The notes beneath the pieces are model-generated. The model was not told where the DNA came from. It saw nothing but the letters and a program-made list of their open reading frames with translations, and ran no database searches. DNA of 64,000 bases from Chitinophagales bacterium (lineage in GTDB: Bacteria; Bacteroidota; Bacteroidia; Chitinophagales; UBA10324). The first letter of the stretch is position 1, and each line of letters opens with the position of its first letter. Where the stretch lies: positions 65,187 to 129,186 of the forward strand of contig JBBQJW010000010.1 of NCBI GenBank assembly GCA_038326325.1. Reading direction: 5' to 3'. Positions 36,132 through 47,615 of the stretch are shown in pieces. A program made the translations under genes and the position numbers.

Positions 36132-38060
36132 ATGATAAATGTAACCGGGCTTGGAATTTCGCATGGCGGCGAATACTTATTTAACAACATTACTTTTTTA
36201 ATTAACGACCGCGACCGAATTGGTCTTGTGGGTCGCAATGGTGCAGGCAAATCAACCATTCTAAAAATTCTTGCAAAAATTCGTAATGCCGATGAAGGAG
36301 GAATATCGTATCCACGCGAATGCACTGTTGGATATTTGCAACAGGATTTATCGTTTACAAGTGGCAAAACAATTTTTGATGAAACTGCTTCTGCACTTGA
36401 AGAAATAAAAAGATTGGAATTGCGTGTGCATGAACTCACAGAAAAAGTAACACACACTACTGATTTTTCTGATGACTCTTACATGGATCTGTTACAGGAG
36501 TTACACGATGCTCAGGAGCATCTGCACTTGCTTGAAGCAGGAAGTGCAGAAGGAAAAGTGGAGAAAATTTTATTGGGTCTTGGCTTTGACAGAAATGATT
36601 TTGACAAACCTGTTACAGCATTCAGCGGCGGATGGCAGATGCGAGTGGAACTTGCAAAAATTTTGTTGAAGCAACCAACTTTATTGTTGCTCGATGAGCC
36701 GACGAATCACTTAGATATTGAATCCATACAATGGCTCGAAAATTTTTTACAAGATTATCCGGGTGCAATTGTGATTGTATCGCACGATAAAAGATTTTTA
36801 GATAATCTTACCAATCGCACGATTGAAATTTCAAAAGGGAAAATTGAAGACTATAAAGCTGCGTACTCAAGATATGTTGAGTTACGAAAAGAGCGCCGCG
36901 AAAAAATGATGGCCGCTTATCAGAATCAGCAAAATGAAATTCGGCAGACTGAAGCGTTGATTGATAAGTTCAGAGCAAAAGCAAGTAAGGCGAAAATGGC
37001 TCAGTCGCTTATCAAGCAACTTGACAGAAAGGAAAGAATTGAAATGGAAGATGAAGACACGAGCAGTATTCGCTTTCGTTTTCCGGAAGCGCCGCGTTCA
37101 GGTGTTGTGGTGGCTGAAGCAAAAAAAATGACGAAGGCGTATGGTGAAAAAGTGATTTTAAAAAATCTGCAATTTGAAGTTGCACGAAACGAACGAATTG
37201 CTTTTGTAGGAAGAAACGGCGAAGGAAAAACAACACTTGCAAAAATTATTAAAGGCGGCGAACCATTTGAAGGCGATGTTACACTTGGTTATAATGTTAA
37301 ACTCGGTTACTACGCACAGCAACAGGCAGAAGAATTAGATGGCAACTTAACGGTGTTTCAAACGGTGGAGCGATTGGCCGGTGCTACTATGCGACCACAA
37401 CTCAGAAATTTGTTGGGTTCATTTTTATTTGGTGGTGATGATGTAGATAAAAAAGTGAAAGTGCTTTCAGGGGGAGAAAAATCTCGATTGGCACTTTGTT
37501 GTCTATTACTTGAACCTGTGAATTTGTTGATTCTGGATGAGCCGACGAATCACTTGGATATGCGCAGTAAGGAAGTATTGAAAGAAGCGTTGCAGAATTA
37601 TGACGGCACACTCATTCTCGTTTCGCACGATCGTGATTTTTTACAGGGACTAACGAACCGAACTTTTTATTTCCGAAATCAAACAGTAAAAGAATACATC
37701 GGCGACATTGAAGAATTCCTTTCGTCGCTGAACATTGATTCATTACAGGCATTGGAAGTAAAGCAGAAACAAATTGCTTCTGATAAACAGAAAGCCACAA
37801 CAACTGTTACAGATGGTGAACAGAAAAGAAATGCTGAGAAGGAGAAAAAGAAAATAGAAAACAAGTTACAAAAGGCGGAAAAGACAGTTGAAGAATACGA
37901 GGCGGCAATTGCAACGATAGAAAAAAAAATGGCTGACCCGAATGAAATGAAATCATCGAACAGCGCCGATATTTTTTTACAGTATGAAGAAATGAAAAAG
38001 AAATTAACTGTTGCTACAAAGGAATGGGAAGAATTGGCTGAGTTGATGGAGAAGAGTTAA
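36132..38060 (+). CDS. ABC-F family ATPase (two ABC domains, no TM domain; translation-factor type)
   Basis: Two Walker A motifs (GRNGAGKST, GRNGEGKTT) and two signatures (FSGGWQMRVELA, LSGGEKSRLALC) are present, plus an inter-domain linker and a C-terminal lysine/glutamate-rich coiled coil. Confidence 0.9.
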   Translation: MINVTGLGISHGGEYLFNNITFLINDRDRIGLVGRNGAGKSTILKILAKIRNADEGGISYPRECTVGYLQQDLSFTSGKTIFDETASALEEIKRLELRVHELTEKVTHTTDFSDDSYMDLLQELHDAQEHLHLLEAGSAEGKVEKILLGLGFDRNDFDKPVTAFSGGWQMRVELAKILLKQPTLLLLDEPTNHLDIESIQWLENFLQDYPGAIVIVSHDKRFLDNLTNRTIEISKGKIEDYKAAYSRYVELRKERREKMMAAYQNQQNEIRQTEALIDKFRAKASKAKMAQSLIKQLDRKERIEMEDEDTSSIRFRFPEAPRSGVVVAEAKKMTKAYGEKVILKNLQFEVARNERIAFVGRNGEGKTTLAKIIKGGEPFEGDVTLGYNVKLGYYAQQQAEELDGNLTVFQTVERLAGATMRPQLRNLLGSFLFGGDDVDKKVKVLSGGEKSRLALCCLLLEPVNLLILDEPTNHLDMRSKEVLKEALQNYDGTLILVSHDRDFLQGLTNRTFYFRNQTVKEYIGDIEEFLSSLNIDSLQALEVKQKQIASDKQKATTTVTDGEQKRNAEKEKKKIENKLQKAEKTVEEYEAAIATIEKKMADPNEMKSSNSADIFLQYEEMKKKLTVATKEWEELAELMEKS

Positions 38061-38650
38061 ATCACCTTCATACGAAGCATCTGCCGCACATATTTTCCAA
38101 TCACATCAAATTCAATATTCACCTTCTCTCCTTTTTTCAGTTTTGAGAAATTAGTGTGTTCATGAGTGTATGGAATAATTGCAACCGAAAATAATTTTTT
38201 ATTTTCTTCTGTAACAGTTAAACTAACTCCATTAATACAAACTGAACCTTTCTCAACTATTAATCCTTCGTGTGATTCAGATAATTTGAACTGATAAATC
38301 CACGAGCCGTTTTTCTCTTTCACCCTTTCAACTGTGGCTGTTGCATCAACATGTCCCTGAACAACATGACCATCGAAGCGCGAATTGGCAATCATTGCTC
38401 TTTCAATATTTATTGCTTTTCCGGCTTTCCATTCTGAAAGATTTGTTCGTTTCAGCGTTTCATCCACAGAAACAACTTTATGCGAATCATTTTTCACCTC
38501 AACAACTGTAAGGCAAACACCATCATGCGAAACACTCTGGTCAACTTTTAATTCGGGAGAAATTGATGACTGAATCGTAAATATTTTATTAGAACCGGAT
38601 GATTCAACTACTGTTACACTACCAATACATTCAATAATTCCGGTAAACAT
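38057..38650 (-). CDS. ribE: Riboflavin synthase alpha chain
   Basis: It has the canonical N-terminus MFTGIIECIG and a duplicated lumazine-binding repeat (GDS/H.GVCLTV ... G.VCINGVSLTV). Confidence 0.9.
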   Translation of the reverse strand: MFTGIIECIGSVTVVESSGSNKIFTIQSSISPELKVDQSVSHDGVCLTVVEVKNDSHKVVSVDETLKRTNLSEWKAGKAINIERAMIANSRFDGHVVQGHVDATATVERVKEKNGSWIYQFKLSESHEGLIVEKGSVCINGVSLTVTEENKKLFSVAIIPYTHEHTNFSKLKKGEKVNIEFDVIGKYVRQMLRMKVI

Positions 38651-38653
38651 TTT

Positions 38654-41407
38654 CTATCTGTACAAATGAATAAATCCTGAAAGTGGTTTGTTGCTCTTCA
38701 CTGTTCCTGCAAGTGTTTGCTGATATACATCGCATACATAGTAGTAAGTTCCATCAGCACACATTTTTCCATTCTGAATATTTTTTCCATCCCAGTTTAT
38801 ATTCGGGTCAGTAGTTTCATAAACCAAAACACCCCAGTTATCGAAAATTTTAATATCAATCTTTTCAATGTATTTCACGGGAGGAAAAGGATGAAACACA
38901 TCGTTTTGCTCGTCGCCATTAGGAGTGAATACATTCGGCAATTCATAATTCGGACAAACATCAACGCAAAGCAAATTACTCTTCGCCCCTTCGTTATAAT
39001 TTGAATCAGTTCCGGTAATGTAATAACAACCTGCAACCGTAGTTTTTAAATCGTGAAGGAAAGTGGTATCGAATGCCGTAACAGAAGAATCAATCAAACT
39101 AAAATCACCTCCTTCAGTTGAAGAATAATAAATATTGTAGTGTAACAGATCAGCCGCGCATTTATCAGTCACATGATTCCAACTAAGTAAATTAATGAAT
39201 GAACCAAAATTGAAATTTGGATCAAGACAATCATTTGAAACTTTTATTGACGGAGGGCAGGGGCCAACAGTATCAACAGGTGCAACACAAATTCTTTGCG
39301 AGAAATTAATAATCGGAGAAATAATTCCGGGAGCGGAATAACTACCTGTACTTCTGATGTAATAACAGTAAACAGAATCGTTGATCAATCCGTTATCAGT
39401 ATATGATTGAATGGATGAAATTCCGATTGAATCCCAAAGCAAAGTGATTTTGTTTTTCCTGAAAATTGTATAAAGTGTATTTGTCCATGGAACATTTTCA
39501 CTCCATGTTAAACCAACCTTTCTATCCTGCCCTACCCCATTCACAAAAACACTTGAAGCAATTTCTGTTTCACCTAATTTATTACCGTTGCTGTAAAATT
39601 CAACCTTGTACGAATATGCATTTGCAACAGTATTGATAAGTGTATCAGTATAAGTTGTATCTGTGAATTGCGAAAATGTCGGAGCAGTAATTGAGTTTAT
39701 CTGAGTGAGATTTGCACCTGTAAAACCTGTTGAATGAAAAATTCTATACTCGTATGGCCCCGGATTCTGAAGTGTATCTAAATCATTGGCTGATGGTTTG
39801 CTCCAGGCTACATACATGCTTCCGTTTACTGCATCAGTATTATTCACGCTTGCATTTGTAATAACCGGAACATCCTTTTTCAGCATTGCACAATCTTCAT
39901 TTGAAGGAAGGCCTTCACAAAAATTCAGTAACTCATTCGGCACTCCTGTAGTATCGGCAAACTCAGCTTCCACTCTGTAACAGTATTCCTTTCCGCGTTC
40001 AACATTTGCATCGGTAAAAGAATAAACTCTTAACCTCGATGCAATTTTTGTATATCCTTTTCCAATCATTGTTGGATTGCAGGTATCACTAACAAATGGA
40101 TTCGGTCCTTCTCGCTTCCACAAAGAGAATCCTATAAATCGTTTAGCACTGTAACACTCGTAAGGATTATCCCATGTAACAACAATATCATTTCCTTGGG
40201 CCGTTGCCACTAAGTTTTCAGGGGCGGGTGCCACCACTTTTATCAACCAGCTTTCCAAATCAGAAAGCGGATGATCCGGATAATTATCCGTTGCTTTAAA
40301 AACCACCTGATAAAACTGATCGCGCACATGGTTGCAGACTGTTTGCCAAATGAAAGTCCCGTAACCTATTGTATCAGTATCGGGAATGAAATGAGCAGTG
40401 TCAGGCGGGTTCGCAATAAAAGGTCCGCCGTTGGCAATGAGTGTAACGGTTTGTCCAACATCCGGATCAGTCGAACGAATACGAATATTCAGGAACGAAC
40501 CTGCAACTACACAAGTATCATGTATCACATCAATTTTCGGTTGATGATTCGGATCGCACACAATGATAATTTCCATATCGCGAATCATTGTTCCGATTTT
40601 TTTAAAAAGAATATTATTTCCTGATTGCACTTTTCGATAGGAAGTAATAAGAATTGCAATGTTATACACGCAACAATTTTGAGGTTCATTCCATATTAAT
40701 TCTCCGGTGTTAGGATTAATATCAAGCGAAGGATTTCCAGTTGTACCATCAATAAGATTAGGAGCAGTATAAGCAAGCACATTTGTTGTTTCGGAAGTTT
40801 TAGGAACTACTAATTGGTAGTGTAACACATCACCATCGGGGTCATAAGCATTCGGGTTATGAATGAAAGTATCATTCGCAATTCCAAAATCTATTGGGGG
40901 GTTCTGTAACTGAGGCGAATTATCGTAACCATAAAATTGCGGGTCAATCAAAAACAAAGTGTCCTCAACATAAAAAGGTTCGTTGATTGAATTTGTAATG
41001 TTACAGATCTCGCCAATTCGATTAAGGTCCTGCATTGAAATTATATAATCACCAAAGCCCGGAAATGTGTGATGGCTTACATACAAATTTCGCTTGATAT
41101 CATTTCCAACCAATTCTCCATCCGGAATGCCATTGGCTGGCAGTACATCCGGACCATTTACTCTCGCAATTGTATCAAAAATTACTGTGCCTGTACTTAT
41201 GTAAGTATATCTCACCACCAACGAATCTCTATCGGCAGCAACACTGCTTTCTTTTGTATAGGTGATAACTGTTACAGTATATGAAAGATTATTACCCGGA
41301 TCTTTAGTATAAGTTATTTCGCCTGCGCGATTGTGTGTTGCCCATAAAAACATAGGGCTTAAAAAGAAAAGAGAAAATGAAAATATTTTTTTCAGCATCA
41401 GGTGCAA
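38654..41407 (-). CDS. Large secreted protein with a T9SS type-B sorting domain (gliding motility-associated C-terminal domain)
   Basis: It has a signal peptide. The C-terminus is PNVFTPNGDEQNDVFHPF....IEKIDIKIFDNWGVLVYET......WDGK...G....DGTYYYV, matching the TIGR04131-type pattern. Confidence 0.85.
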   Translation of the reverse strand: MHLMLKKIFSFSLFFLSPMFLWATHNRAGEITYTKDPGNNLSYTVTVITYTKESSVAADRDSLVVRYTYISTGTVIFDTIARVNGPDVLPANGIPDGELVGNDIKRNLYVSHHTFPGFGDYIISMQDLNRIGEICNITNSINEPFYVEDTLFLIDPQFYGYDNSPQLQNPPIDFGIANDTFIHNPNAYDPDGDVLHYQLVVPKTSETTNVLAYTAPNLIDGTTGNPSLDINPNTGELIWNEPQNCCVYNIAILITSYRKVQSGNNILFKKIGTMIRDMEIIIVCDPNHQPKIDVIHDTCVVAGSFLNIRIRSTDPDVGQTVTLIANGGPFIANPPDTAHFIPDTDTIGYGTFIWQTVCNHVRDQFYQVVFKATDNYPDHPLSDLESWLIKVVAPAPENLVATAQGNDIVVTWDNPYECYSAKRFIGFSLWKREGPNPFVSDTCNPTMIGKGYTKIASRLRVYSFTDANVERGKEYCYRVEAEFADTTGVPNELLNFCEGLPSNEDCAMLKKDVPVITNASVNNTDAVNGSMYVAWSKPSANDLDTLQNPGPYEYRIFHSTGFTGANLTQINSITAPTFSQFTDTTYTDTLINTVANAYSYKVEFYSNGNKLGETEIASSVFVNGVGQDRKVGLTWSENVPWTNTLYTIFRKNKITLLWDSIGISSIQSYTDNGLINDSVYCYYIRSTGSYSAPGIISPIINFSQRICVAPVDTVGPCPPSIKVSNDCLDPNFNFGSFINLLSWNHVTDKCAADLLHYNIYYSSTEGGDFSLIDSSVTAFDTTFLHDLKTTVAGCYYITGTDSNYNEGAKSNLLCVDVCPNYELPNVFTPNGDEQNDVFHPFPPVKYIEKIDIKIFDNWGVLVYETTDPNINWDGKNIQNGKMCADGTYYYVCDVYQQTLAGTVKSNKPLSGFIHLYR

Positions 41408-41452
41408 TGTAATCGCTGCTGCAATTTACATCATGAAATCTTTTGCAAAAAC

Positions 41453-42205
41453 TTATTCCTTTTCAACGGCAAGTTTTGCAGCAATAAATTCCCTGTTCAA
41501 TCGCATAATATTCGCAACAGAAATTTCTTTCGGGCATTCTGCTTCACATGCTCCGGTATTTGTGCATCCGCCAAAACCTTCTTCATCCATTTGCGCAACC
41601 ATATTCAACACACGCTCCTGCCGCTCAGGATGACCATGAGGCAACAATGCAAACTGTGACACTTTAGCGCCCACAAATAACATGGCAGAACCATTCTTAC
41701 AGGCAGCAACACAGGCACCACATCCAATGCAAGCCGCAGCATCAAATGCTTTTTCTGCATCATTTTTATTTACAGGAATGGTATTCGCTTCAGGTGCTGA
41801 ACCGGTTCCGACAGAAATATATCCTCCCGCCTGAATGATGCGATCAAAAGAAGAACGGTCAACAACTAAATCGCGCAACACGGGAAATGAATTTGCTCGC
41901 CAAGGTTCAACTGTAACAGTTTCGCCATCTTTAAAATGACGCATGTGCAATTGGCAAGTGGTTGTTCCTTTTAATGGTCCGTGCGGTCTTCCGTTAATCA
42001 CCATGCTACATGACCCACAAATACCTTCACGGCAATCGTGATCGAAAGCAACAGGTTCCTTGTTTTCGACTATTAATTTTTCGTTGAGCACATCCATCAT
42101 TTCAAGAAATGAAGCGTGTGTATCAACATTGTTTAACTGATATGTTTCGAAAGCGCCTTTGTCGCTTTTATTTTTTTGTCGCCAAACTTTAAGTGTGAGA
42201 TTCAT
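41453..42205 (-). CDS. sdhB: Succinate dehydrogenase/fumarate reductase iron-sulfur subunit
   Basis: Cys clusters CREGICGSC (2Fe-2S), [11 protein letters not shown] (4Fe-4S) and [12 protein letters not shown] (3Fe-4S) are present. Confidence 0.92.
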   Translation of the reverse strand: MNLTLKVWRQKNKSDKGAFETYQLNNVDTHASFLEMMDVLNEKLIVENKEPVAFDHDCREGICGSCSMVINGRPHGPLKGTTTCQLHMRHFKDGETVTVEPWRANSFPVLRDLVVDRSSFDRIIQAGGYISVGTGSAPEANTIPVNKNDAEKAFDAAACIGCGACVAACKNGSAMLFVGAKVSQFALLPHGHPERQERVLNMVAQMDEEGFGGCTNTGACEAECPKEISVANIMRLNREFIAAKLAVEKE

Positions 42206-42232
42206 GAAAGAGTTTGAAGTTTGATTTTGATT

Positions 42233-44149
42233 TTACTTGTAACTGCGCTGAGTAAGATGAACACTTTCAAAAACTAATTCTTCTTTGTGTAACTCAGCAA
42301 CCTGATTTTCTCCTTTGAATTCCCAGGCCGCTACATAAGCGAATTTGTCATCGTCGCGGCGCGCTTCGCCATCAGGAGTTTGAAACTCTTCGCGGAAATG
42401 CCCGCCACAACTTTCTTCACGATGCAGTGCATCTCGACACATCAATTCTCCCAATTCAATAAAGTCCGCAACACGAATTGCTTTTTCTAATTCAGGATTT
42501 AATGATTCGGCTGAACCCGGAACTTTTACATCGCTCCAGAATTCTTCTTTGATTTTTTTTATTTCATCTATCGCTTCTGTTAATCCTTTTGCATTTCTCG
42601 CCATTCCGCATTTGTCCCACATCACTTTTCCTAATTTGCGGTGGAAGAAATCAACTGACTTGCTTCCTTTAATGTTCATCAGTTTATCAATCTGCGCACG
42701 AACATTTTTTTCTGCTTCATCAAATGCAGCACTATCAGTTTTTATTTTCCCTGTTTGAATTTCACTTGATAAATAATCACCGATTGTATATGGAAGAACA
42801 AAATATCCATCAGCCAATCCCTGCATCAAAGCAGAAGCGCCCAAACGATTTGCCCCATGGTCAGAAAAATTACATTCGCCTGTTGCATACATACCGGGAA
42901 CATTGGTCATCAGATTATAATCAACCCACAAACCACCCATTGTATAATGCACCGCAGGATAAATCATCATCGGAGTTTTGTATGGATCGTCACCTGTGAT
43001 TTTATCATACATCTCAAAAAGATTTCCGTAACGCGAACTGATTACATCATGACCATATTTTTTTATCGCATCAGCAAAATCAAGATAGACAGCCATTGCA
43101 GTTTCGCCAACTCCTCTCCCATCATCACAAGCTTCCTTCGCTGCTCGCGAAGCAATATCACGAGGAACCAGGTTTCCGAATGATGGATACTTTCTTTCTA
43201 AATAATAATCTCTTTCTTCTTCAGGAATATCCTGCGGTTTGCGTTTATCACCTTTTGCTTTTGGCACCCAAACTCTTCCATCATTGCGCAAACTTTCGCT
43301 CATCAATGTCAGCTTCGATTGATAGTCGCCATGAACAGGAATACAAGTCGGATGAATTTGCGTGAAACAAGGATTGCCAAAAAAAGCACCTTTCTTATGC
43401 GCCTTCCATGCGGCTGTTACATTACATCCCATTGCATTTGTTGAAAGGAAAAAAACATTTCCGTAACCACCGGTTGCAAGCACAACTGCGTGTGCAGCAT
43501 GTCGTTGAATTTCGCCTGTGACTAAATCACGAACAATTGCTCCGCGCGCTTTTCCATTTTCAATTACAAAATCAATTATCTCGTGACGGGTAAATAACTC
43601 GACAGATTTTTCGTGAACCTGACGACTCAATGCACTGTAAGCCCCCAGCAATAATTGTTGTCCTGTTTGACCGCGGGCATAAAAAGTACGCGACACCTGC
43701 ACGCCACCAAATGAACGATTATCTAACAAGCCACCATACTCTCTTGCGAATGGAACTCCCTGCGCAACACATTGGTCAATTATATTTACACTCACCTCAG
43801 CCAGGCGATGAACATTTCCTTCGCGTGAACGATAGTCGCCGCCTTTGATAGTATCATAGAACAAACGATAAATACTATCGCCATCGTTGCGATAATTTTT
43901 CGCCGCATTTATTCCACCTTGTGCAGCAATACTATGCGCACGACGCGCGCTATCCTGAAAACAAAATGCTTTTACATTATACCCTAATTCTCCCAATGAA
44001 GCTGCGGCAGATGCCCCGGCTAATCCGGTTCCAACAACTATTACATCAATCTTTTTTTTGTTGGCGGGATTTACCAACTTCACTGTTGAACGATATGTAT
44101 TCCACTTTTCATTTAGTGGACCAGCGGGAATTTTTGAATCTAAAGCCAT
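42233..44149 (-). CDS. sdhA: Succinate dehydrogenase/fumarate reductase flavoprotein subunit
   Basis: The FAD-binding motif [12 protein letters not shown], the covalent-FAD His context [15 protein letters not shown], and the active-site HYTMGG and ESCGGHFRE are present. Confidence 0.95.
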   Translation of the reverse strand: MALDSKIPAGPLNEKWNTYRSTVKLVNPANKKKIDVIVVGTGLAGASAAASLGELGYNVKAFCFQDSARRAHSIAAQGGINAAKNYRNDGDSIYRLFYDTIKGGDYRSREGNVHRLAEVSVNIIDQCVAQGVPFAREYGGLLDNRSFGGVQVSRTFYARGQTGQQLLLGAYSALSRQVHEKSVELFTRHEIIDFVIENGKARGAIVRDLVTGEIQRHAAHAVVLATGGYGNVFFLSTNAMGCNVTAAWKAHKKGAFFGNPCFTQIHPTCIPVHGDYQSKLTLMSESLRNDGRVWVPKAKGDKRKPQDIPEEERDYYLERKYPSFGNLVPRDIASRAAKEACDDGRGVGETAMAVYLDFADAIKKYGHDVISSRYGNLFEMYDKITGDDPYKTPMMIYPAVHYTMGGLWVDYNLMTNVPGMYATGECNFSDHGANRLGASALMQGLADGYFVLPYTIGDYLSSEIQTGKIKTDSAAFDEAEKNVRAQIDKLMNIKGSKSVDFFHRKLGKVMWDKCGMARNAKGLTEAIDEIKKIKEEFWSDVKVPGSAESLNPELEKAIRVADFIELGELMCRDALHREESCGGHFREEFQTPDGEARRDDDKFAYVAAWEFKGENQVAELHKEELVFESVHLTQRSYK

Positions 44150-44159
44150 GACAGTTGAA

Positions 44160-44834
44160 TCATTTTTTCAATAAGAAGTAAAGAGGCATTGCGGCAAACA
44201 CGCCGGGAATTATTATTGAATAAGCAATTCCGAGAAGTTCAATTACCGGAGTATATTTTTTATGATAAACACCGAGCGAACGAAATGCACTTTGAAATCC
44301 GTGTAACAGATGATACCCGAGAACGATACACGAGAAAATATAAAGTGCGTCGTAAGCAGGAATTTCAAAAGTTGATTTAACTACCGCATACAAATCAGGA
44401 GTGCCATTATTATCTAATCCAAGATGTGTAGTGAAATGTGTTTCGTAAAAAAAGTTTTTCATGTGAACCACGAGAAAGAAAAAAATCAATGAACCGAGAA
44501 TTCCCATGCTGCGCGAATACCATTTTGAATTTGCACTGCTTGCTGTAACAGCGTAACCGATGGGTCGCGCTTTCATATTCTGCCTTGTGATTACAATTGA
44601 TTGGAGAATGTGAATGATAAAACCAGCGAACAATACGATTTCCATTATACGAATAAGAATATTGGTTTCCATGAACAATGAGGCTTCATTAAAAAGCAAC
44701 CCACCATCATTTAAAAAAAGGAACGAATTGATGGCAGCATGAACAACTAAAAATGTAATCAGGAATAATCCAGTGGCGGACATAACCACTTTTCGTCCGA
44801 CTGTTGATGTTAAAAATTTTGTGAACCAATTCAT
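44160..44834 (-). CDS. sdhC: Succinate dehydrogenase/fumarate reductase cytochrome b subunit (b558 family, single 5-TM anchor)
   Basis: 224 aa with 5 TM helices and conserved His residues. It lies immediately upstream of sdhA, in the arrangement typical of Bacteroidota sdhCAB/frdCAB. Confidence 0.8.
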   Translation of the reverse strand: MNWFTKFLTSTVGRKVVMSATGLFLITFLVVHAAINSFLFLNDGGLLFNEASLFMETNILIRIMEIVLFAGFIIHILQSIVITRQNMKARPIGYAVTASSANSKWYSRSMGILGSLIFFFLVVHMKNFFYETHFTTHLGLDNNGTPDLYAVVKSTFEIPAYDALYIFSCIVLGYHLLHGFQSAFRSLGVYHKKYTPVIELLGIAYSIIIPGVFAAMPLYFLLKK

Positions 44835-44956
44835 TCAAATATTTTTTCGAGAGCGACAAAATTAACAGTCAAAGTTTCGCTTGCAAGCGAGCAATGATTA
44901 ATGTGAATAAGAATTAAATCTTACTTTAAACAGAACTGTTATCCGATTGAAAAAGT

Positions 44957-46360
44957 TTACGATTGCTCCTGATTAATGCAATATTTTTTCAGAAGTATAA
45001 CATATATATAATCGTAACCAGTAAACACACTTTCTAATAATGGAATAAATGGTTTCAGTGATTTCGATTTTGCTTTAGCACGAAATAATTTACTTAAAAC
45101 TTCCTGCTTTTTTATTTGTTGACCCAATTCTTTCGTTTTAACTTTTTCGCGCAGGAATTTTAAAGTTCTGATTAAAATGGATCTGGCAAATTTCATATCG
45201 CCTGAGATCATAAAATAAAGCTGTTCAATAGTTCTTTGGTCCACATCATGAAGCAGATAAAATTTCTTGTTCAGATGCTCTCTTGATACCTGAAGACTTT
45301 CAAAAGCTTTGGGTAAATCGTGAATGAATAAATAATATTTCGCAAAAGTAATTGAAGTTAATTGAACAGCATCTGGTTCTCCAGATTCAGCAAATCTTTT
45401 CAAATGCAGTTCTAGAATTTCCAGCGCATCTTTTTCACGGTCTTTAATCATATACAATTCGCATAACCGAATCATCAGGTGCGGCTGAGAAAAAAAGAAT
45501 GGATTTTTTTCTGTCACATATTTTTCATAAGAAACAAGAGCTTCGTCAAATTCATTTAAAAGATAACAACTACTTGCATAAAATCCATTGACTGACAGAG
45601 CGAAATCTGTCGGTAATAAATCAAGATGCGTCATATTGTTGAGCAGGTTTAAAAACTCGTTTTTCGCCTTTGCGATATTTCTTTCAATACAAAAAACATA
45701 AATAGCATTGCAATAAAGTGAGAGCGCTAAAAGTTTTTCGTCTTTTAATTTCTTATTCGCATCATCTAAATTTTTCAGTTCATTTAGAATTAAAATTTTA
45801 TTCGGGTTTTTTAAATCGCGACCATAGAATTCTTCAATAATTCTTATTACAAGTATTCTACCGGAATGATAATAAGCCTGTACTTCCTTTTCGCTGTTTT
45901 TTGAATATTGAAGATTTAGCTTAGCATAGTGTTCAAGTTCATCAATATTCTGAGAGCTGAAGGGAAGTCTTAACAAATAAGTTATTGCATTATCATAAAA
46001 ATCACTTTTAATTTTTGAGTCATTTTGTCTTTTGATTTTTATTTCCTGATGCGCTAATTCCCTCTTGTAATTTTCAACCAAACGATAACGACTTAAAATA
46101 TCAAGAAGGGGAAGTCCGCCTTCGGGAACAAGTGCCTCATAACATTTGCGCAATAAAATTGATTTCATTTTGCGATACAGTTTATCATCGACACGCAAAT
46201 ACACCATTAGTTCTTGCTTCGTCATCTCCTTGCTTGTCTGTGTTTCTACCAGATAAGCAAGAAAAATTTTCATTTTGGAAACTTTAAGATGAATCGATTT
46301 TATTTTCTTTAAATCATCTTCATTTAAAACTTTAATAAGTTTTTCTAAATATGCCTTCAT
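44957..46360 (-). CDS. Hypothetical all-alpha (TPR-like) cytoplasmic protein
   Basis: 467-aa ORF with no signal peptide. It is helix-rich with TPR-like A..Y/F spacing. I recognise no family. Confidence 0.55.
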   Translation of the reverse strand: MKAYLEKLIKVLNEDDLKKIKSIHLKVSKMKIFLAYLVETQTSKEMTKQELMVYLRVDDKLYRKMKSILLRKCYEALVPEGGLPLLDILSRYRLVENYKRELAHQEIKIKRQNDSKIKSDFYDNAITYLLRLPFSSQNIDELEHYAKLNLQYSKNSEKEVQAYYHSGRILVIRIIEEFYGRDLKNPNKILILNELKNLDDANKKLKDEKLLALSLYCNAIYVFCIERNIAKAKNEFLNLLNNMTHLDLLPTDFALSVNGFYASSCYLLNEFDEALVSYEKYVTEKNPFFFSQPHLMIRLCELYMIKDREKDALEILELHLKRFAESGEPDAVQLTSITFAKYYLFIHDLPKAFESLQVSREHLNKKFYLLHDVDQRTIEQLYFMISGDMKFARSILIRTLKFLREKVKTKELGQQIKKQEVLSKLFRAKAKSKSLKPFIPLLESVFTGYDYIYVILLKKYCINQEQS

Positions 46361-46378
46361 AAAAATTCAACCTAAAGA

Positions 46379-46975
46379 TTAAGCTGTTTTGTTTTTTAGT
46401 GTTAAAGAAAAATCGAGTAAACTATTTTCTGTTATGTCCGCACTAAGGTAAGTTTTTTTTGCGGTTCCAATCCAAACTTTTAATAATTGGAGTTTTTCAG
46501 CCATCTGCATATCAGATATTGAATCACCAACCATTATGGATTTTTTAAAATCAATTTCAGGAAAATCATGTTTTGCTTTTAATAACATTCCTGTTCCGGG
46601 TTTGCGCATCGCATTATTTTCTTCTTTTAAATGCTGGCTGAAATAAAAAGCATCAATTCTTCCGCCAGAAACTTCAATTTCAGTTTTCATGAACGAATGA
46701 ATCTTTTCCAAATCATTTTCTGTCATTAATTTTTTCCCAATCCCTTGTTGATTAGTAACGACGATTACTCTTCCGAAAATATTTGAAAGCGTAACGATTG
46801 CCTCCCTGCTTCCTTCAATCCACTCAAACATTTCTAAGTTGAGAACATAACCATTATCAATTTTTTTATTGATAACACCATCTCTGTCGAGAAATAGCGT
46901 CCAGGTTTTATCAATGTTCAAATCGTGCAAGTTCATGTTGTGCTCTTTGATAATCTTCAGGAATTCCGATGTCAA
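46379..46975 (-). CDS. gmhB: D-glycero-D-manno-heptose 1,7-bisphosphate phosphatase (HAD superfamily)
   Basis: HAD motif I is FLDRDGVIN and motif II is VVTNQQGIG; the distal motif is MVGDSISD. The real start may be the Met at 46936 (MNLHDLNIDK), which reduces the overlap with the upstream gene. Confidence 0.8.
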   Translation of the reverse strand: MTSEFLKIIKEHNMNLHDLNIDKTWTLFLDRDGVINKKIDNGYVLNLEMFEWIEGSREAIVTLSNIFGRVIVVTNQQGIGKKLMTENDLEKIHSFMKTEIEVSGGRIDAFYFSQHLKEENNAMRKPGTGMLLKAKHDFPEIDFKKSIMVGDSISDMQMAEKLQLLKVWIGTAKKTYLSADITENSLLDFSLTLKNKTA

Positions 46976-47615
46976 TAAAATATTCGTCGAATGAAAATCC
47001 TTTTATTGTTAGTTGATTGATTTTTTTTTCAAGGAAATCTTTTTCGAATGAAAATTTCTCTTCATCGGGAAAAATTTTACTCAAAGTGTTCTTAATAATA
47101 TAAACTCCGCCGTTAATTGTTCCTTCACTACGAAATGCTTTTTCTTCAAACCCGGAAATAGAATTATCTGGTGTAACATTTACAATTCCGTAACGGTCAA
47201 AATTTTTCATTGGCTTTAATGCTAAACTTAAGTCAGCTTTATTTTTTTTATGCTGGAAATACATTTCATCAACTGGAACATTAAAAAATGTGTCGCCATT
47301 CAAAATTAAAATTTCTTTTGCATCAGTCATTTTCATTGAGGCCTTTATTGCTCCACCAGTTCCCAATGGACTTTCTTCAAAACAATTTTTCAAATCGATA
47401 TTCAAAAACTTATTTCCGAAATAACTCAGAATCTTTTCTGATTTATAACCGACACTCAGAATACAATTCGTAATTCCACTTGAGGAACAATAATTTAAAA
47501 TATATTCGAGAAATGGTTTTCCGTTTATCGGCGCCATTGGTTTTGGTAAATCTTTAACTACACTTTGCAATCGTGTTCCGAAACCGCCTGCCAGAATGAT
47601 TGCGGTATCAAGCAT
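46911..47615 (-). CDS. hddC: D-glycero-alpha-D-manno-heptose 1-phosphate guanylyltransferase (sugar nucleotidyltransferase)
   Basis: It has the nucleotidyltransferase N-terminus AIILAGGFGTRL....LPKPMAPINGKPFLEY. It lies between gmhA and gmhB in one operon. Confidence 0.78.
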   Translation of the reverse strand: MLDTAIILAGGFGTRLQSVVKDLPKPMAPINGKPFLEYILNYCSSSGITNCILSVGYKSEKILSYFGNKFLNIDLKNCFEESPLGTGGAIKASMKMTDAKEILILNGDTFFNVPVDEMYFQHKKNKADLSLALKPMKNFDRYGIVNVTPDNSISGFEEKAFRSEGTINGGVYIIKNTLSKIFPDEEKFSFEKDFLEKKINQLTIKGFSFDEYFIDIGIPEDYQRAQHELARFEH

